The notes under the pieces were generated by a model, which was not told the origin of the DNA, did not search any database, and saw nothing but the letters and a program-made list of their open reading frames with translations. From the human T2T-CHM13v2.0 reference genome, Homo sapiens: DNA of 64,000 nt. The position numbers and the translations under genes were made by a program. The stretch is from NCBI RefSeq assembly GCF_009914755.1, contig NC_060929.1. The stretch is one strand, 5' to 3'. Each line of letters begins with the position of its first letter. Within the stretch, counting starts at the first letter, position 1. Positions 1 through 17,168 of this stretch are shown here, piece after piece.

Positions 1-140
1 GAAAATAAAAGAATTGAGCATAATTATTCATAACTAATAAAATTATATTTTTCCTTTTTCAAATTAGTTTAAGGACTGCCATTTTACACCCATAAACAAA
101 TAAAAGTTTTCAGGATCTGCTTTTCCGTTCTTCACTTCAC

Positions 141-178
141 TGTGCTTGGATTCCCTCCATTGTGCTTGGATTCCCTCC
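141..178. repeat. Local tandem duplication, 20-bp period (tgtgcttggattccctcc x2)
   Basis: Identical 18-mer at 141-158 and 161-178. Confidence 0.9.
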
Positions 179-1567
179 CTCTTATATTCTTTCTTTATAT
201 GCTTATGAGAGAACAAAAATTCTAAGTGTGTAAAATAGCTGACTGTAAATGAGGTATTACCATCTTGGGGAAAGGCTTATCATCCTAGATTTTGGTTCAT
301 TGGCCACCTTCCAGGCTTCCTACTAAATTATTGGCAGCAAAGCACTAATGTGCCTCCCAGCCAACAAGTGATACCAACCTATGTCTTTTCTTTTAGGGGT
401 AGAAAATAGTCAAAATTTTAAACTCTAGAATTCTCAAACTATAAATCTGGGTCAGGTTTGTAGCCAGCAAAATGAAATTTGTAGGTACTGTTTAAATTGT
501 CTAAAAGCTAACATGTTCAGGAACATTTTGGGCAATGTAAACTTAAATGAATGAATAAATAAACCAACAAATTTAGATCTTTAATTTTAGTAAGGCTAAT
601 TGTTATTGGTAACATTTGATAGTGTCCTTTGAGAAACTGATACTGAAGAAACAAAAAAAATTTAATGATTACTTTCTTCTTTCTAGAATGTATTATTATA
701 GATGATTTTAAATGATATTTGGTTTTTGAAAATTATGAAATAAGGTATGTGAAACCTCCAAATAAATTGTTGTAGCAACAAGAAATTAATGCTATTTTGG
801 AACTATAGTAGCTTGATAACCTTTTATAATGTATTTTAAAAAAATTAATATGTGGAGTAGGCTTATAAAATTGTATTTTTTCCCAACATGATGAAAACCT
901 ATTTTTATCCCATTAATAGGCATGAATGTTGGAATCAGAGACTTATTTAACAGAAGTCTTTGGCTATTAATGAATAAACTATAAAATGTGATGGGGTTCG
1001 AGTCATGTGCTCTCTTCAGAGTGAAAAATGCTATGACTTAACCCTAATCTCTGTGATCATCCTGTTTTTCCTGTAAAAATTCCATTTTTTTTTTCTCCTT
1101 CCAACAGTATTCCACAAAGTAGGTGAAACCTTTCTCTGGCTTCCTTCTCAATGTATGACCTAACTGCATAAAAATTTTTATCAATTGTTCATAACTTTTA
1201 AATTTATTTTTTGGCTAGCTAACTTGTTGTTAAGGTGAGATTTTTTTCCATATAGGAGACCCATTATATTCAGAGATTTATTTTTTTTAATTTTTGAGAA
1301 TTTGAGGACACTGTACCAACTTACACTTTTAGTATGCTATGAAGTATGAAGCTACTTCCTATGGTAGAGAAAATGGAATTGGAGGCTTTCAGGGTAAATG
1401 TTTTCAATGTAGTAGATTGTGTATATTTCAAATCCTAGAAGACCAATGAAAGTTGAGTGAAAATAATGACACATTACCCCAGATGCATAAGGAGCATAAA
1501 AGTTCTCAAATACGTTTTCCACAGAGCAGTCTTCCCACTAGATATTGATTGTTTGATTGTTCCTCAA

Positions 1568-2110
1568 GTTAAACATTGAATTACCATGGGAACTAGCAAT
1601 TCCACTCCTAGGTATATACAAAAATTCAAACAGATACTTAAATGCCTGTACACAAATGTTCGTAGCTTCACTATTTACAATAGCCAAAAGGCAAAAAACA
1701 ACCCAATCATCTATCAATGGATGAATGAGTAAACAAAATATGGTATATACATACAATGGAACATTGTTCAGCCATAAAAAGGATGAAGTACTAATTTATA
1801 CTTGCTGCCACATGGATGAACCTGTGAACATGTTATCCTAAGTAAAGAAGCCAGACACAAAAGGGGACGTATTGTATGATTCCATTTATATGAAATATCC
1901 AGATCAAGTAAATTCACTGATAGAGAAGCAAATTGCCAGGGTTAGGGGAGGGAAGAAAACAGTGTGGCTGCTTAATAGTTATAGGTTTTTCTGTTGGGGT
2001 GGTGAGAATGTTTTGGAACTAGATAGAGGGATTAGTTCTGAACATGCTAAATGCCACTGAATTGTACACTTCAAAATGGTAAATTTTATGTTATGTGGAT
2101 TTTCCCTCAA
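1568..2110 (+). mobile_element. Old L1 (L1MB-like) 3' fragment
   Basis: ORF2-end and 3'UTR motifs: gcaattccactcctaggtatatac, aaatatggtatatacatacaatggaa, tgtatgattccatttatatgaaatatccaga, gccactgaattgtacactt. Confidence 0.8.
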
Positions 2111-2710
2111 GTTTTTAAGAAAGAATAACTAGTTACACTAGTTTGTAGGATGAATGCTGTCAATATCAGTGTCTTTACATACAGTATATTTTTGAAAATG
2201 TTTGCTATGGAGTCAGAGTACCTTATTCCAGAATTAGAGAAAGTTCTCCAAAAATTAGATCTCTTACTATTTTGCTTTGTTGCATGATTTGGTTTTTGTT
2301 GTTTGTGTTTGTTTTTCACTGTTTGCAAATCAGAAAAACTAACAATGTTTAGAATTCCAGATTGAGAGAAATTTTTTTTGGTCTGGAATTTGCATAATGA
2401 CTTTTGATGGACAAAATAAAAAAGTTTTAGAAGACCATATGATAAAAGAAAAAATTAAACTTGTTATCATTGATTGCTGAGGAGTTTAATAAAATCTTCA
2501 TAGTGTTTAAGGATCAGTGGTTGACAGACTATGGAATTTGTCAGTATTAAAAATGTACTAATCATCTGCCCAACAAAAAAGATGAACAAGGGAATTAAAA
2601 GAGCTTTAGTATTTGGTGCTCTTTTTTGATAGAAAATGAGTAGATTTAGTGTTCATTTGCCACATATGGTTTCATTAATAGCAATTCAGCTTTTCTCTGT
2701 CCCATTTCAG

Positions 2711-2866
2711 GCTTTACACTTAGAGAGGTAAAACCAGCCCCCATCAGATTTACCATGAGATTTCTGTGTGTACTGTTTGTTCAGAGGTTACCTTTCAACA
2801 CTTTCTAAGCTGTATTATCTGTGTTAAGAAATGCTTTATTTAGAATTAATTTATTTCATGTTTATG
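2711..2866 (+). other. Possible cryptic/non-coding exon
   Basis: Acceptor cttttctctgtcccatttcag| before 2711 and donor atg|gtaagt after 2866; stops in all frames; motif evidence only. Confidence 0.2.
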
Positions 2867-4135
2867 GTAAGTAAATGACATGTTAATATTATGTTTGTTA
2901 AGAAAGTATACTATATCCAAATAAGGCTGTTAATTATCTATCTCTAACAACAATGAAATTAACTTAGAGTCAGACTTAACCTGAAGTGAAAACACACTGC
3001 ATTCTTCAGGTTAACCCTTTTGGCTCTCTTTCGGTTCTCATTTAAGAAGACCTGGAACTCCTACCTGCCTTTTGCCCTGTAGATGAGGAATTTTCACCTG
3101 GCTCCTTTGTCTATCAGCCACTTTTGTTAGTCTTATGACCAGTGACTGCTGGAGATAGAGCACCTGGTATATGTAGCATGTTTTCTGAAATATTTTGCTT
3201 TAGGTTATCAATTAATGAAATCTCCACTCATGTTAGTATAAGACTAATTACAGAATAACATTGAGAGATACTAATAGAGAATGGGTATATGCCTAGAAAC
3301 CATAGAACAGCTTAAGTTTAAATAAGAGAGAGCATTGGAATGAGGCAGATACACAAAATATGATTTCTGCTCCACTTCTTTCTCTTATTCATCTGTGAAT
3401 CATTACCATATTATACCATGGCCTTTTTCTAGCAGCACTCTCTTTGGGAGTCCAGCCACCATATGATACTATTCCTGAAGGTTCTATTCTTATTCTCTTT
3501 CTTTGGCAGAAACACCCCAGGGAGGGAGCCAACTTGAGTTCCCCTTTCCCAATTACCTTCTAACTATTTCCCCTATCCCACATCCACAGCAATTCCCCTC
3601 AAGGCTTTTCTCTGACTAATAAGTCCAGATGGGCCCAACCTCCTTATACTTTTACTTTTAGGTTATATTTGTCTTCTATATCTTTAATGAGCTCTTCACT
3701 ATTTCACATTTGCCTGTGTTTAAAAATGATTGGGAGAACGCAATGAATAATTTCCCTGTACAACTTTTATTTCTGAAGGGAAAACCATTGTGAAGATTGT
3801 GCACCAATGTATATAGACTCATAGTTCATCACGCTTATGTGCTGTCTGCTCTCCATCAGTATTTTTCTTAGGGTTGCCCTGAAAGTATTTTCCCCACCTA
3901 TGCTATTCTAATAGTCGAGACATACAGAGTTTGTCTTTAAGATACTGAATCCTTATTAAATGTAGTTTGATTAGAAATCATGTCTCGGAAAATATTTTAT
4001 GACTTTAGATATTTAGTAAAATCTTATTACCTTGTGATGGATAACTTAATAAATAAAAAGTCAGAATTTTTATTATTAAACTATAAAATATTTTTATATT
4101 GAAGACATTTGTTCTCTTGCTCCTTTCTCTTTTAG

Positions 4136-4275
4136 GTACTAACCTCAGGGTTTGGCATCTCAGGCATCATCCACATCCCGTGATCAAACCTTCTTATATG
4201 GTCACCTTATATAACACAGCAATGCTGCTGGCCCAATGCCAACAAATACTACACCTTAAAAATGAAACAAAATGA
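4136..4275 (+). other. Candidate exon (strong acceptor; one frame open 45 codons to TGA)
   Basis: tttgttctcttgctcctttctcttttag|G; frame from 4138 reads TNLRVWHLRHHPHPVIKPSYMVTLYNTAMLLAQCQQILHLKNETK*; peptide not recognised. Confidence 0.3.
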
Positions 4276-6035
4276 TAAATCCTTCTTATTTGACGTGCCC
4301 TCTAAAACTAGTATCGTCATATTTCCTTAGCAGCTGGACTAAGGATTTAATGAGTTGAGAAAGAGAGGAAAGGGTTGGTAGGAAAACTGAGTGGCAGTGT
4401 AGGGTGGTGCAAGCTGCCTACATGGATCAGCTCCATCAATAAGCAAGAGATGACGATGAGAGCAGTGCAAAAGGACCAACCAGGACAGCATTGTCAGAAA
4501 GTATAGGTGGAACTTCAGAGAATCAAAAGGAGCTCAACTCAACTCTTTCCTTAGTTCACAACTCATAGGATTGCTTATTAACTTTAAATCATCAAACAGG
4601 TCTCCTTTCAGTTACCTATTCTGTGAGTCCTCTCTAATACTAGCTTAAGATAAGAATTGTAGTTTTACTTTAATGTATCACTTACTTCTCTGTCAGATCA
4701 AGCAAGGAGGGTATTCAGCCTTAACTCCTTTAGGATCTTAAGTAGTCATATTTTTTCTTATTCATTCTGATTTAAGATTATGAAAATCCTGAAAACGTGA
4801 TTTTATATTTCAGAATAGACTACATGTAATTCAATCTGTAAGTTCAAGGACATTGGAATCAATATAATTTATGGTTCTTTCTTCTCCTCAACATGAATAA
4901 CTTCAAATTCAGTGAAGTGTTCAGCTTTTCTTACCCAAATGGTATACTTATCCGATTCACTTCAATAGTTGCCTATTTTCCCTTTCAGAAATGTCTGTTC
5001 TCTCACCAGGAGACTAAAACATTGTGCAGATGTACAGTTGGATACAATGATGCCAATATAATATATGCACTGTTCAATAATTTATTTTGTATCTGGAGTG
5101 ATGCATCTGTTTCCTTCTTGTGGGAGGGGGTTTGAGCTTCATTTCAATGTCATTTTAGGTACTGGTCCAATTCTTCCATCCAGTTAACCAAAAATGAAAA
5201 TTTCCATCTGTTCAATTGGCATTCGGAGGAATGTTTTATCTCTGAAGCACATTATGACAACTAAAATTGACAGCATAATCTGTCTGACTTTTTTCTCTTT
5301 TATTCCCTCTTCAGATTCTCTTGAGATTTAACAAGAGAGGATTCTTTTTTACAGCTCCTAAGATTATAGGACTTACTCTTTCTTCTGTCTAGTAACTGTA
5401 GACCAATAGAACATGAATGGCTGTCCACTATTCACTGCTTTATTATATATTTTTTTCTGTCCATTTGTGACTCTACAGGAAATATACTTGTTAGCATGCT
5501 ATTAACAGAACAATGCAAACATAGCATTCTCTTTCCATAAATGTCTGCCAGTACTATTTGGCATTCTGTTGAATGCACAGATTCTCTGCAATCAACGTTT
5601 GGAAGGTACAGTTACAGGCTGATTTTTATTGATCGTTCCGTACTTTAGAAAACTGGCTAAGAAGGCCTTTGGAATATACTGCTTCTGAAGTTTTTTAACT
5701 CTTATAATTCTAAGAATATTGTCTCAAGTTTTGTTGCTGAAATGGCAAAAATGTTTCTTTTTTATTACTATCAATATTCCAATTTAAAATTTAAATAAGG
5801 AGAACTCTTTTTATTTATGAGCCAGGTAAAATTTTTCTGGTACGCTGAATAAAACAAGGTACTATCCATCAAATAAAGGGTTATATCCTTGGGGCATCAT
5901 GATTAGGATAAGATAACTAATTTTTATGGCAGTCCCCTATGTGAAATGTAAATAGCAATACACCAGAACTTCAGATATGTTGAATCCCAGAAAAATATCC
6001 TGGATGGCTGGGTTTCTTTGAAAAAAAATCTATAC

Positions 6036-6357
6036 TTTTTTTTTTTTTTTTTTTTTTAAGAGACAGGATCTTGCTCTGTCACCCAGGCTGGAGTGCAGTG
6101 GCATGATCGTAGCTCACTGCAACCTCAAACTCCTGGTCTCAAGTGATTCTTCCTTCTCCCATTTCAGCCTCCTGAGTAGTTAGGACTACAGGCATGTGCC
6201 ACCATGCCTGGCTATTTTTTATTTATTTATTTTTTATTAGGAGATTGAGGTCTTACTCTGTTGCCCAGGTTGGTCCTGAAGCTCTGTCCTCAAGTGATCC
6301 TTCCACCTTGGCCTCCCAAAGTGCTGAGATTACAAGCACGAGCTACTGTGCCCAGCC
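6036..6357 (-). mobile_element. AluJ-type SINE
   Basis: Poly-T 6036-6057 then antisense Alu with J-type motifs; TSD aaaatct(a/g)tactttt at 6025-6039 and 6360-6374. Confidence 0.92.
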
Positions 6358-7304
6358 CTAAAATCTGTACTTTTAGTAAACATCTCCGATGCCTGTATCC
6401 TTTCTTTTTTTTCTTGAAAACATTGCATGATAGTTTACACTGTAATAACGACCACTGCTTACTTGCCTATCCTGTAAAATATTTGTGCCTTTATAGTCCT
6501 TTGAAGTTTATTAGGCTATTTGCATCTATGTTATTTATTTATCCTATGTGGCTGTGTTCACTAAGTTTTCTGTCTTATTTGTTTTTATTTTTTCTCTTTT
6601 CCCGTGCTATTGGCTTACAGATATCCCTTCTATGTTCATATATCTCATGTACTTTCTTATAGCAAACATGATTTCCTGTGAATTAAATCAATGAGTTAGT
6701 ACCATATTCCAATTATATTATGCTACCCAATGTAAAGGATAACACTTAAAAAACTGAAATTGATTTTTTTAATAATACAAGAGTCTGATATAATGGATAA
6801 CCAACTGTAAACTACTATTGAGGAGTATTTCAAAAGCTTTAATTGTGAAATCTACTGGAGTATCATATAAGGGAATAAAAGAGCATTCTTGAGATTGTTA
6901 AACATTAGAACTGAAGGATTTTAGATGTTTCAGACATTTTTTAGCTGGAATAACATGAAAATATGTATATTTGTATATTTTATGGGAGGCTGAGTAAATT
7001 TAAGTCTACTATTTTAGGTCTTTGGGATCTCACTGAGAAATTCTCCAGACTAGCATGGTAACTGGCACTTTTACAGGTAAATAAACATTGTGACTCTACC
7101 AGTCATAGAGAGAGACATGGAAGGAGCTGTTTCAGATCCAAGACACATACAAAAGAAGTTAAAACTTTTCTGAGATAAAGTGAATTACTCATAGCATTGA
7201 CCCAAAATAGTCCATTTAAGCCCCTAGAACTCTTAATCCAGCAACTGGAATACTAAATCCTATATGGCTATAAAATGTACTTTCACTTCAACAGGGCTTG
7301 TAAA

Positions 7305-9102
<1,798 letters not shown>

Positions 9103-9341
9103 TAGAAAACTGTGTTTAAAACATAGCGTATTGTTACCAGGGATGTGTCTAGAGAATGTATTGCAGTACAGGTATTACCATCTAGTTAGTTAATATTGTA
9201 ATGAAAACTTGAGCTTTTATTTACTTAAAATTAATGATCATTTTGGTCAAGGCGTTTGAATAACCAGAGCTTCCAAAAATACTAGTGGCACTAAGTCTCT
9301 GGTTTTGGAACAATATAGTAGAAAGAAGCTGTCAATATTTA

Positions 9342-10699
<1,358 letters not shown>

Positions 10700-10829
10700 A
10701 AAGAATGGATTTTCACATCTCTCAAACCTTGATAATTGATGTTACTACAAAGAATAGTCTTTGTAAGAAAGATTAACAAGCAAGTGTATACAGATAGCAA
10801 AGGCATTTATTCACATTCTTAGTTAATAA

Positions 10830-11160
10830 CATCCAAAATTTGTATGGAGCTTTACAGCCTTTAGAATAGTTCATCCACACCTTATTTCTCTCAATGTTCA
10901 AAACAATCTCAAGGTCTTAGGAAAATTGCTTAAATGCACTGAGCTTCAATTTCATTCCCTATAAAATGCGGATGATTTCACCTATCTTGATGCATTGTGA
11001 GTAGTAAATGAGTATGTAAAGGGCTTGGTGTATCAGTATTATTATTACCACCTTTATCTTTACTTTCATCAACCATTTGTGGCACATATTGGCTGGTTAA
11101 TTTAGTTAATAAGTGACAGAACCCGAATGTAAACATAGATCCTTCTCATTCCAAATCTTA
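10830..11160. mobile_element. Degenerate MIR fragments in both orientations
   Basis: Core-like ctgagcttcaatttcattccctataaaatgcggatgat (+), flanked by antisense MIR-like pieces. Confidence 0.55.
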
Positions 11161-11559
11161 TGTTTGTTTCTTTCTATTATCTCTTCCATAGAGGCAGATC
11201 ATTTTAAGCTCTGTAGAAGAAATATTGACTAGGGCCTTGAAGGATGAGGTTTGCTTTTGTAGCATCCAAGGCTTTTTATGAACTAACCGCCTTCCTTGTC
11301 TGTCTTATCAGTTTTTCTTCTTTTATTATTTATTTTCCCAAGTGTGTCTTCTATTTGAGGTTCTTAATTCCTGCCGTTTTTGTCTTTGTACATTATCATT
11401 TCTAGGGGGCATGTAAATCTTTTACTGTGGTCTTTTCTACTAATCCGTATCTATTATTGTTATCTTCATAGTTTACAGTGATTTCCTACATTTTTTTAAA
11501 AAATTGAAAATCGAAAGACAACATTCTGATATTTTCTACATTTTGTAAAAACTCTTTAA

Positions 11560-11830
11560 CAGCGTTTTCAGATCACAGAATATTTTAGGTGTTATAAGTT
11601 AAATGTATTCTGAAGCCAAATAAGTTGAGGGAACAATTTGTTGAACAGAGTTAAATAGGTTATCTAACAAAATGCAGAACCTATTGGAGCATTTAATTTG
11701 CTATTGTGCACTGGAATTCTCCAAGAGGGAAAGTAGAGGTATAGGGGTATAGTAGGCAGGATATGGTATGTAACATCTCCTAATCTCACCAAGGAATCAA
11801 CCCCCTCCCTCAAGAGCATCTCAAGAGATT
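11560..11830. mobile_element. hAT-Charlie-like MER fragment
   Basis: Resembles the reverse complement of 39865-40165; family assigned from memory. Confidence 0.45.
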
Positions 11831-13049
11831 AATTCATTGGACTGCCCAGATTTATAGCAATGATACTTAGAATACTCTTGACCTGTGACATCAGAATTAA
11901 ACTAAATCAATTAAATTTAAAGTTACTTTTTAAATTTCAAGATTCCTTGGACCTACCAGTCCTACTAAAACAGAATCTTTGAGAAGTGAAATAAAATGTC
12001 TTGTAGTTTTTCTTTTTCTATCTCTTTAGTAATTGGGCTAATTAGAGCTCTGTTCTCAGCTAATTACTAGTCGTACTGTACTTCTTCAAGTCATGGAATT
12101 CACTCTCATGGCTCCAGTGCTGATTGCCCTAAAGCAAATCAGATCCATTCTCCCTATGTTCTGATTCCAGACACTTAAAGACAACAGCTTACAATCAGAT
12201 ATTTAATGGGGCCTCAGAATCATCAGCATGTTAAAACTGAAACTAATTATTCCCTTCCTCTAAAAAAACAAAGCAAAGCAAAACAAAAAACTCCACATCT
12301 CCTCTAGTATTTCTTGTCTTAATAAATGATGCCACTTCCAGCTAGATGTCCAAGTCAGAAACCTGAGAGTCAGACTTAACTCTTTCTGACTTACTCCCAA
12401 TGTTCCTTCAATTGTCTGTCAATTAGACTTTGTAACAGGCTCTTGAATCCTTCCACTTCTCTCTATCCTCAGTACCTCTACCCTGGTCTAGTCATCTGTC
12501 ACTTTCTCCTGAACTATAACTACCTCTTGATTTTCTACCTCCAACCTTGTTCTCCTGTAATCCAGGCTTCACACTCTGGTCTTGGTGAGATTTCTGAGTT
12601 TCAAATCTGATTATATGACTGTAGCTTTAATTCAGTGACTTTGTACCATCCTTAGGATCAAGTCTAAGCTGCTGAATTTAGGAGGCATTATTACAAGGTG
12701 TCTGGTCTCTGCCTTTCTGACAAGTATTATCTCACTCTACTCTTCCCTTTGCTCTCTATCCTTCAGCCCGCTACAGCTTCTTCAATTCGTTTTCTGTGTA
12801 TCATAGGTCTTTACACATGTTTTGCTTGCCTCTAGCTACCTTCTCCTCCTTCTCTCCTTTCTGCATTCAACTCTTCCATTTAGCTAACCTCTCATCCTTT
12901 ATCTCTCATTTAAATACATCTTCCCTGGGGAGGCCTTCCCTATTTTCTAGACTGGGTTAGAATCCTGTGCTATATGTTCTCATAGTTCTTTTTTGTACTT
13001 GTCTTACCACTCTCTGTTATTACATATTTTAGTGGTTGCTTTTCACTGT

Positions 13050-13520
13050 GGGCTTGCTGTGGCTTATGCAGCTATTTGCCTTGCATTATATATTCATCCC
13101 TTCTTCTTTCAGTAATAAGAACTCTAATTTTTAGCTGGACATATTGCCATATAGCAAATCACTACATTCGCTCTTTTCTGTTACAGCTAGGTTGGCTTTA
13201 GTATTAAATTTTGGGCAATAAGATATATGTTGAGTATGACTTCTGTAACGTATCACTAAAGGGAAAGGGCATTTTCTTCTTTTCCCCTTCCCTTTTCTCC
13301 TGCTGGCTAGAATGTGAATGTGCTGGCTGGCCTTTTGGCTGGCCTTTTAGTAGCCATCCTGGGTCATGAGATGGCGCTGTAAGGACAGCAGAGTAGCCAG
13401 ATAGAAGGAGCCTGAATCCCTTATGATTATGGATCTGTCACCATTTGAGCCCTGGAGTCTTGTCCTCCATATCTGCTTTATGTGAGAGAAAAATAAATAT
13501 CTCTCTTAAGTTAGTGTTAC
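13050..13520 (+). mobile_element. MaLR LTR (MLT1J/K-like)
   Basis: gatagaaggagcctgaatccc and tgtgagagaaaaataaa motifs. Confidence 0.6.
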
Positions 13521-13619
13521 ATAGTTACTTCCTTATGTATTTTTACTTGCTGATATAGCTGTTCTTCATATGAGGTTTTTCCTGTGTTTTCGTAATTCTG
13601 TGCCTTATGAGTATTTTTG

Positions 13620-14125
13620 TTAGGAGGCAGAGCTCTCCCCACTGCCTCCCCAGAGGAAGAACTGTGTACTCATGCCTCCAGCTTCCCTTGTAGCCAGGCC
13701 ATGGACATATGATCTAGACTCAACCAATGAGAAGTGTCTGCCCCACTTTTGAGTTCATGAGTTAGTGATACAAATAAATAAATGGGAGCAGCAGATAATT
13801 CTTCCTGGCAGTGGTTTTAGTTGGGTAGAACATTTAGGGGAAGAGGGAAGGACGAGCACTCAAGCTTAGGCATCACCTGTTGTTTAGTGCCAGGGAGATT
13901 AGTGGTGCAAATTGTAATATCTGTTGCTGCGTGGTGGCTGCCATAAGGTAGGTCTTCACTGAACTAGTTCTGTGGCATCATTTTCAGTGGTTTCCTTTTT
14001 CATTTCATAGCTTCTGAACCTGTTTCTTCAGCCTCCCAACAATTATGTGAGCCATCCAACATCTCCTTTTAGGTTTAAACTAAGCAAACGTTTCTATTGC
14101 ATGCAGTTAAAATCCTCTACTGATA
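13620..14125 (+). mobile_element. ERVL LTR33-like
   Basis: cagcttcccttgtagccaggccatggacatatga; 3' end tttctattgcatgcagttaaaatcctctactgata. Confidence 0.6.
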
Positions 14126-14369
14126 ACGTTATCATTGGTCTTCCCTGGCAGGTTGTAGATGCTGTGAGGGCTGTCTTACTCATCAGTATATCCTCAGTGC
14201 CTAGCATCTCGTTATACCCGAACTCAATGCCTGGCACATTAAATAGGTGTTTAGTATGTTCTCTTTTTTAAAAAAAATAAATTAGCAGTCCATGCCTCCA
14301 ATATGAACTTTCTTACCTGCTCTAGCATGCTTCTAGCTCCATTAATCTACTCATACTGCTTTTGATAAG

Positions 14370-14770
14370 ATTACTACTGGTAACCTGTTTGCTGAATTCA
14401 GTGAATATTTTTCACAACTCAATTAACGTCTTTAAAGCTTTGATAATGCTATTTCTTCCTTATTCTCATTTTACCATTCACACTGTTTTGTTTTGTTTTG
14501 TTTTTTAGGTTTCTCAAACTATTCCTTATTATCTGTCAGCTCTCACATCTTTATGTTCCTCCAGATTTCTTTCTTCAGCTCACCCATCCCTCTGGCTTCA
14601 GTTGCTGTATATGATGATGATTTTCAGACCTTATCTCCACCCAGACCTCTCTCTTGAGCTTTAAATCAGTGTATCCAACTGCCTACTCAGTATTTCCACC
14701 AAGATCTTCTACAGAACTCTCAAATTCAACATTTTTTACATGTTTAAAATTAAATGAATTTTGTTGTTTC
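14370..14770 (+). mobile_element. L2 fragment
   Basis: atctccacccagacctctctcttgagc...tatccaactgcctactcag...ctcaaattcaaca. Confidence 0.65.
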
Positions 14771-16335
14771 TTCCCAACAGACAAATATTGAAGACATAGC
14801 TATTACCTAAATCATATGGCTTACTCTAATTTTCAGCCGATTCACTGAAATTAAGTAAATATGCATGTGTAAATTCACAATTAAAATTTATTCTGTTATT
14901 TTTTCCTTTTCCAATCTAGTACTTTATGATTTTTTAATTAGTGTACAATTAAAACTGCTTATAATTTCCAAAATTCTGCTTAGTGTCAAGACTTTACTAT
15001 TGAATATAGACATGTTGAATAATAATATATATTAGTATTTCATGTTGAGTAAATGTAAATTGTAGAATACATTTGGATCTATATTTCTCTACTTTGAAAA
15101 ATCATTTAATTAAATTTTAAACAATTTTATTATTTTTGTTTAATAGAATTTTTAGCTTTTTCTAACTAGAATGAATATTTTAGCTTTCAGAAAAATATAA
15201 AACATTTTACAAAGAAATGGGGCAAAGTAAATGAAAAAATAGTCAAACAAAGTCACATTTATTTCTTCTATAGTAGTTTCACCTATAATCTCATTTATTC
15301 ACTTTGACATTTTCAATTAATTGTTTTGAAAATTGTAACAATAATTTGGTTTAATCAAATTTGTATCTTGCTTGAACTCTCTAAGTAGCAATTGTGTGAA
15401 TAGCATGACAGGGCAATTTCAGTTAAAAACTTCTCCAACAGTTTGGTTACCTTGGAATAAAAAAAAATTATCTTCATATTGGGGTACTATTAAGTCACAT
15501 AAACAAATAAAAATGATTGTTAGTGTTGCAAGCATTCAAAGAGAGAAGTTGAGAAAATTATTGAAACTTGGAGAGTAGCTTTTTTAAAAAAAATTAATCA
15601 GCCCCAGGGAACAGCTGATAAATAAAAAATATGGTAGTACAATTTTGTTCATTTGAAACCCTCAAGCTTAATTAAATTTTTTTTTCAACACTTAATTTAT
15701 GGAAGAGCAATTGGAGCTTTTGGATTTTAATTTTGTTTAATGTCTTTTGTTCAAAGGTACATAAAAAGAAATTTTTCCCTTTATAATAATTTCTTTCAAC
15801 TCTCTTAAGGTATTTTAAGATTTTTTCTGTGTTATATTGATTTAATGCTTTGTGCCTTATTTGGATTATATTAAAGCTAATGGATTTATTTCTAACTAGT
15901 TATTCTTTTTTATTGGACATCTGCCTGAATGTTTGAAGATTTTGAATAAAGCCAGTTTTAAAAAATTCACTGCTCTGAATTATATAACATTGAATGTGCT
16001 TCTCTAGTCATGTATTCTCTGTACTGTTGGTTGTGCATCACTGGAGACTCAGCCAAGATATCTTTTGGTCCTAATGTTCCTAACTTTATCTCCTTTTTTT
16101 TTTTTTGGTAGAGTTAGGAATTCCTAGTTTAGGTGAAAAAGAATGTGTGATAATAAAATAAGCATTCAACATAGTAGTTTAGAGAAAACAAAGATAGAAA
16201 TTTGGAAATATACTAGGAAATTCCTGAGAAGTAATTTATGTGTAGGTCATGTGCAAAGCACCTTTATAGACACGCTAACTTATATACCTGACCTTGGAGT
16301 AATTCCTATTGGAGATTATTGAATTTGATTGTAGG

Positions 16336-17168
16336 TGTGGTACCATGGGAAATACATATTTAATTTTTGTCTCCAGTTTCTGGCACACAGCTCCTAAAAC
16401 CCTTGGAATCTCTGGAGTGATGAGAGTGTTTCTTGTATGCTCATGAGATGGCTGGTGGCAAGTGTCCCCTAGATAGTTTAAGAATGGGGCTGGTCCCCAG
16501 AAAGACCAAGACATGATTAAGATGGTTGAGATTTACAGCCTTACCCCCTCAATCTCTGGAGAGGGGAGAGGGGCTGGACGTTGAGCTAATCACCAAGGCC
16601 AGTGATTTAAGCAATCATGCCTATTTAATGAGACCTCCGTGAAAACCCCTAAATGGCAGAGTTTGGAGAGCTTTCAGGTTTTGACAATAGCCACAAGTTG
16701 GTGAACACATCTACATGCCAGGAGGGTGGCACACCTCAGCTCCATGGGGACAGAAGTTCTTGTGCTTGGAACCTTTCCAGATTTCACCCTATATATACCT
16801 CTTCATCTGGCTGTTCATTTGTATCCTTTATTGTAAGTAGGTGGTAGTGAATAAATTGTCTTCCTGAGTTCTGTGAGCTGTGCTAGGAAATTATCAGACT
16901 TGAGGAGGGAGTCCTGGGAACCCCTAATTTATAACTGGTTGGTAGGAAGTACAGATGGCAACCTGGGACTTGTGACCTGTGTCTGAAGTACCAATAGTCT
17001 TGGGACGTAACCTATGGAGTCTGCACTAACTCCTAGGACTTAGTGTCATAATTGAATTAAATTCAATTTTAGGACACCCAGGTGGTGTCTGGAGAGTTGA
17101 ATAATTGGTTGGTGTGAAGAAAACCCCCACATATTTGATTCCAGAAGTTTAAGTAAAAATAACTCAGA
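16336..17168 (+). mobile_element. Solo LTR, MER21-like
   Basis: Starts with TG; cagctcctaaaacccttggaat and cagaaagaccaagacatgatta motifs; 5-bp TSD gtagg at 16331-16335 and 17169-17173. Confidence 0.8.

Larger units (their letters stand above)
12200..14260 (+). mobile_element. L2 3' region interrupted by LTRs (about 13040-14125)
   Basis: catgttaaaactgaaact, ccaagtcagaaacctgagagtc, cttccctggggaggccttccc; resumes about 14140 with cagtgcctagca...tgcctggcacattaaataggtg. Confidence 0.7.
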
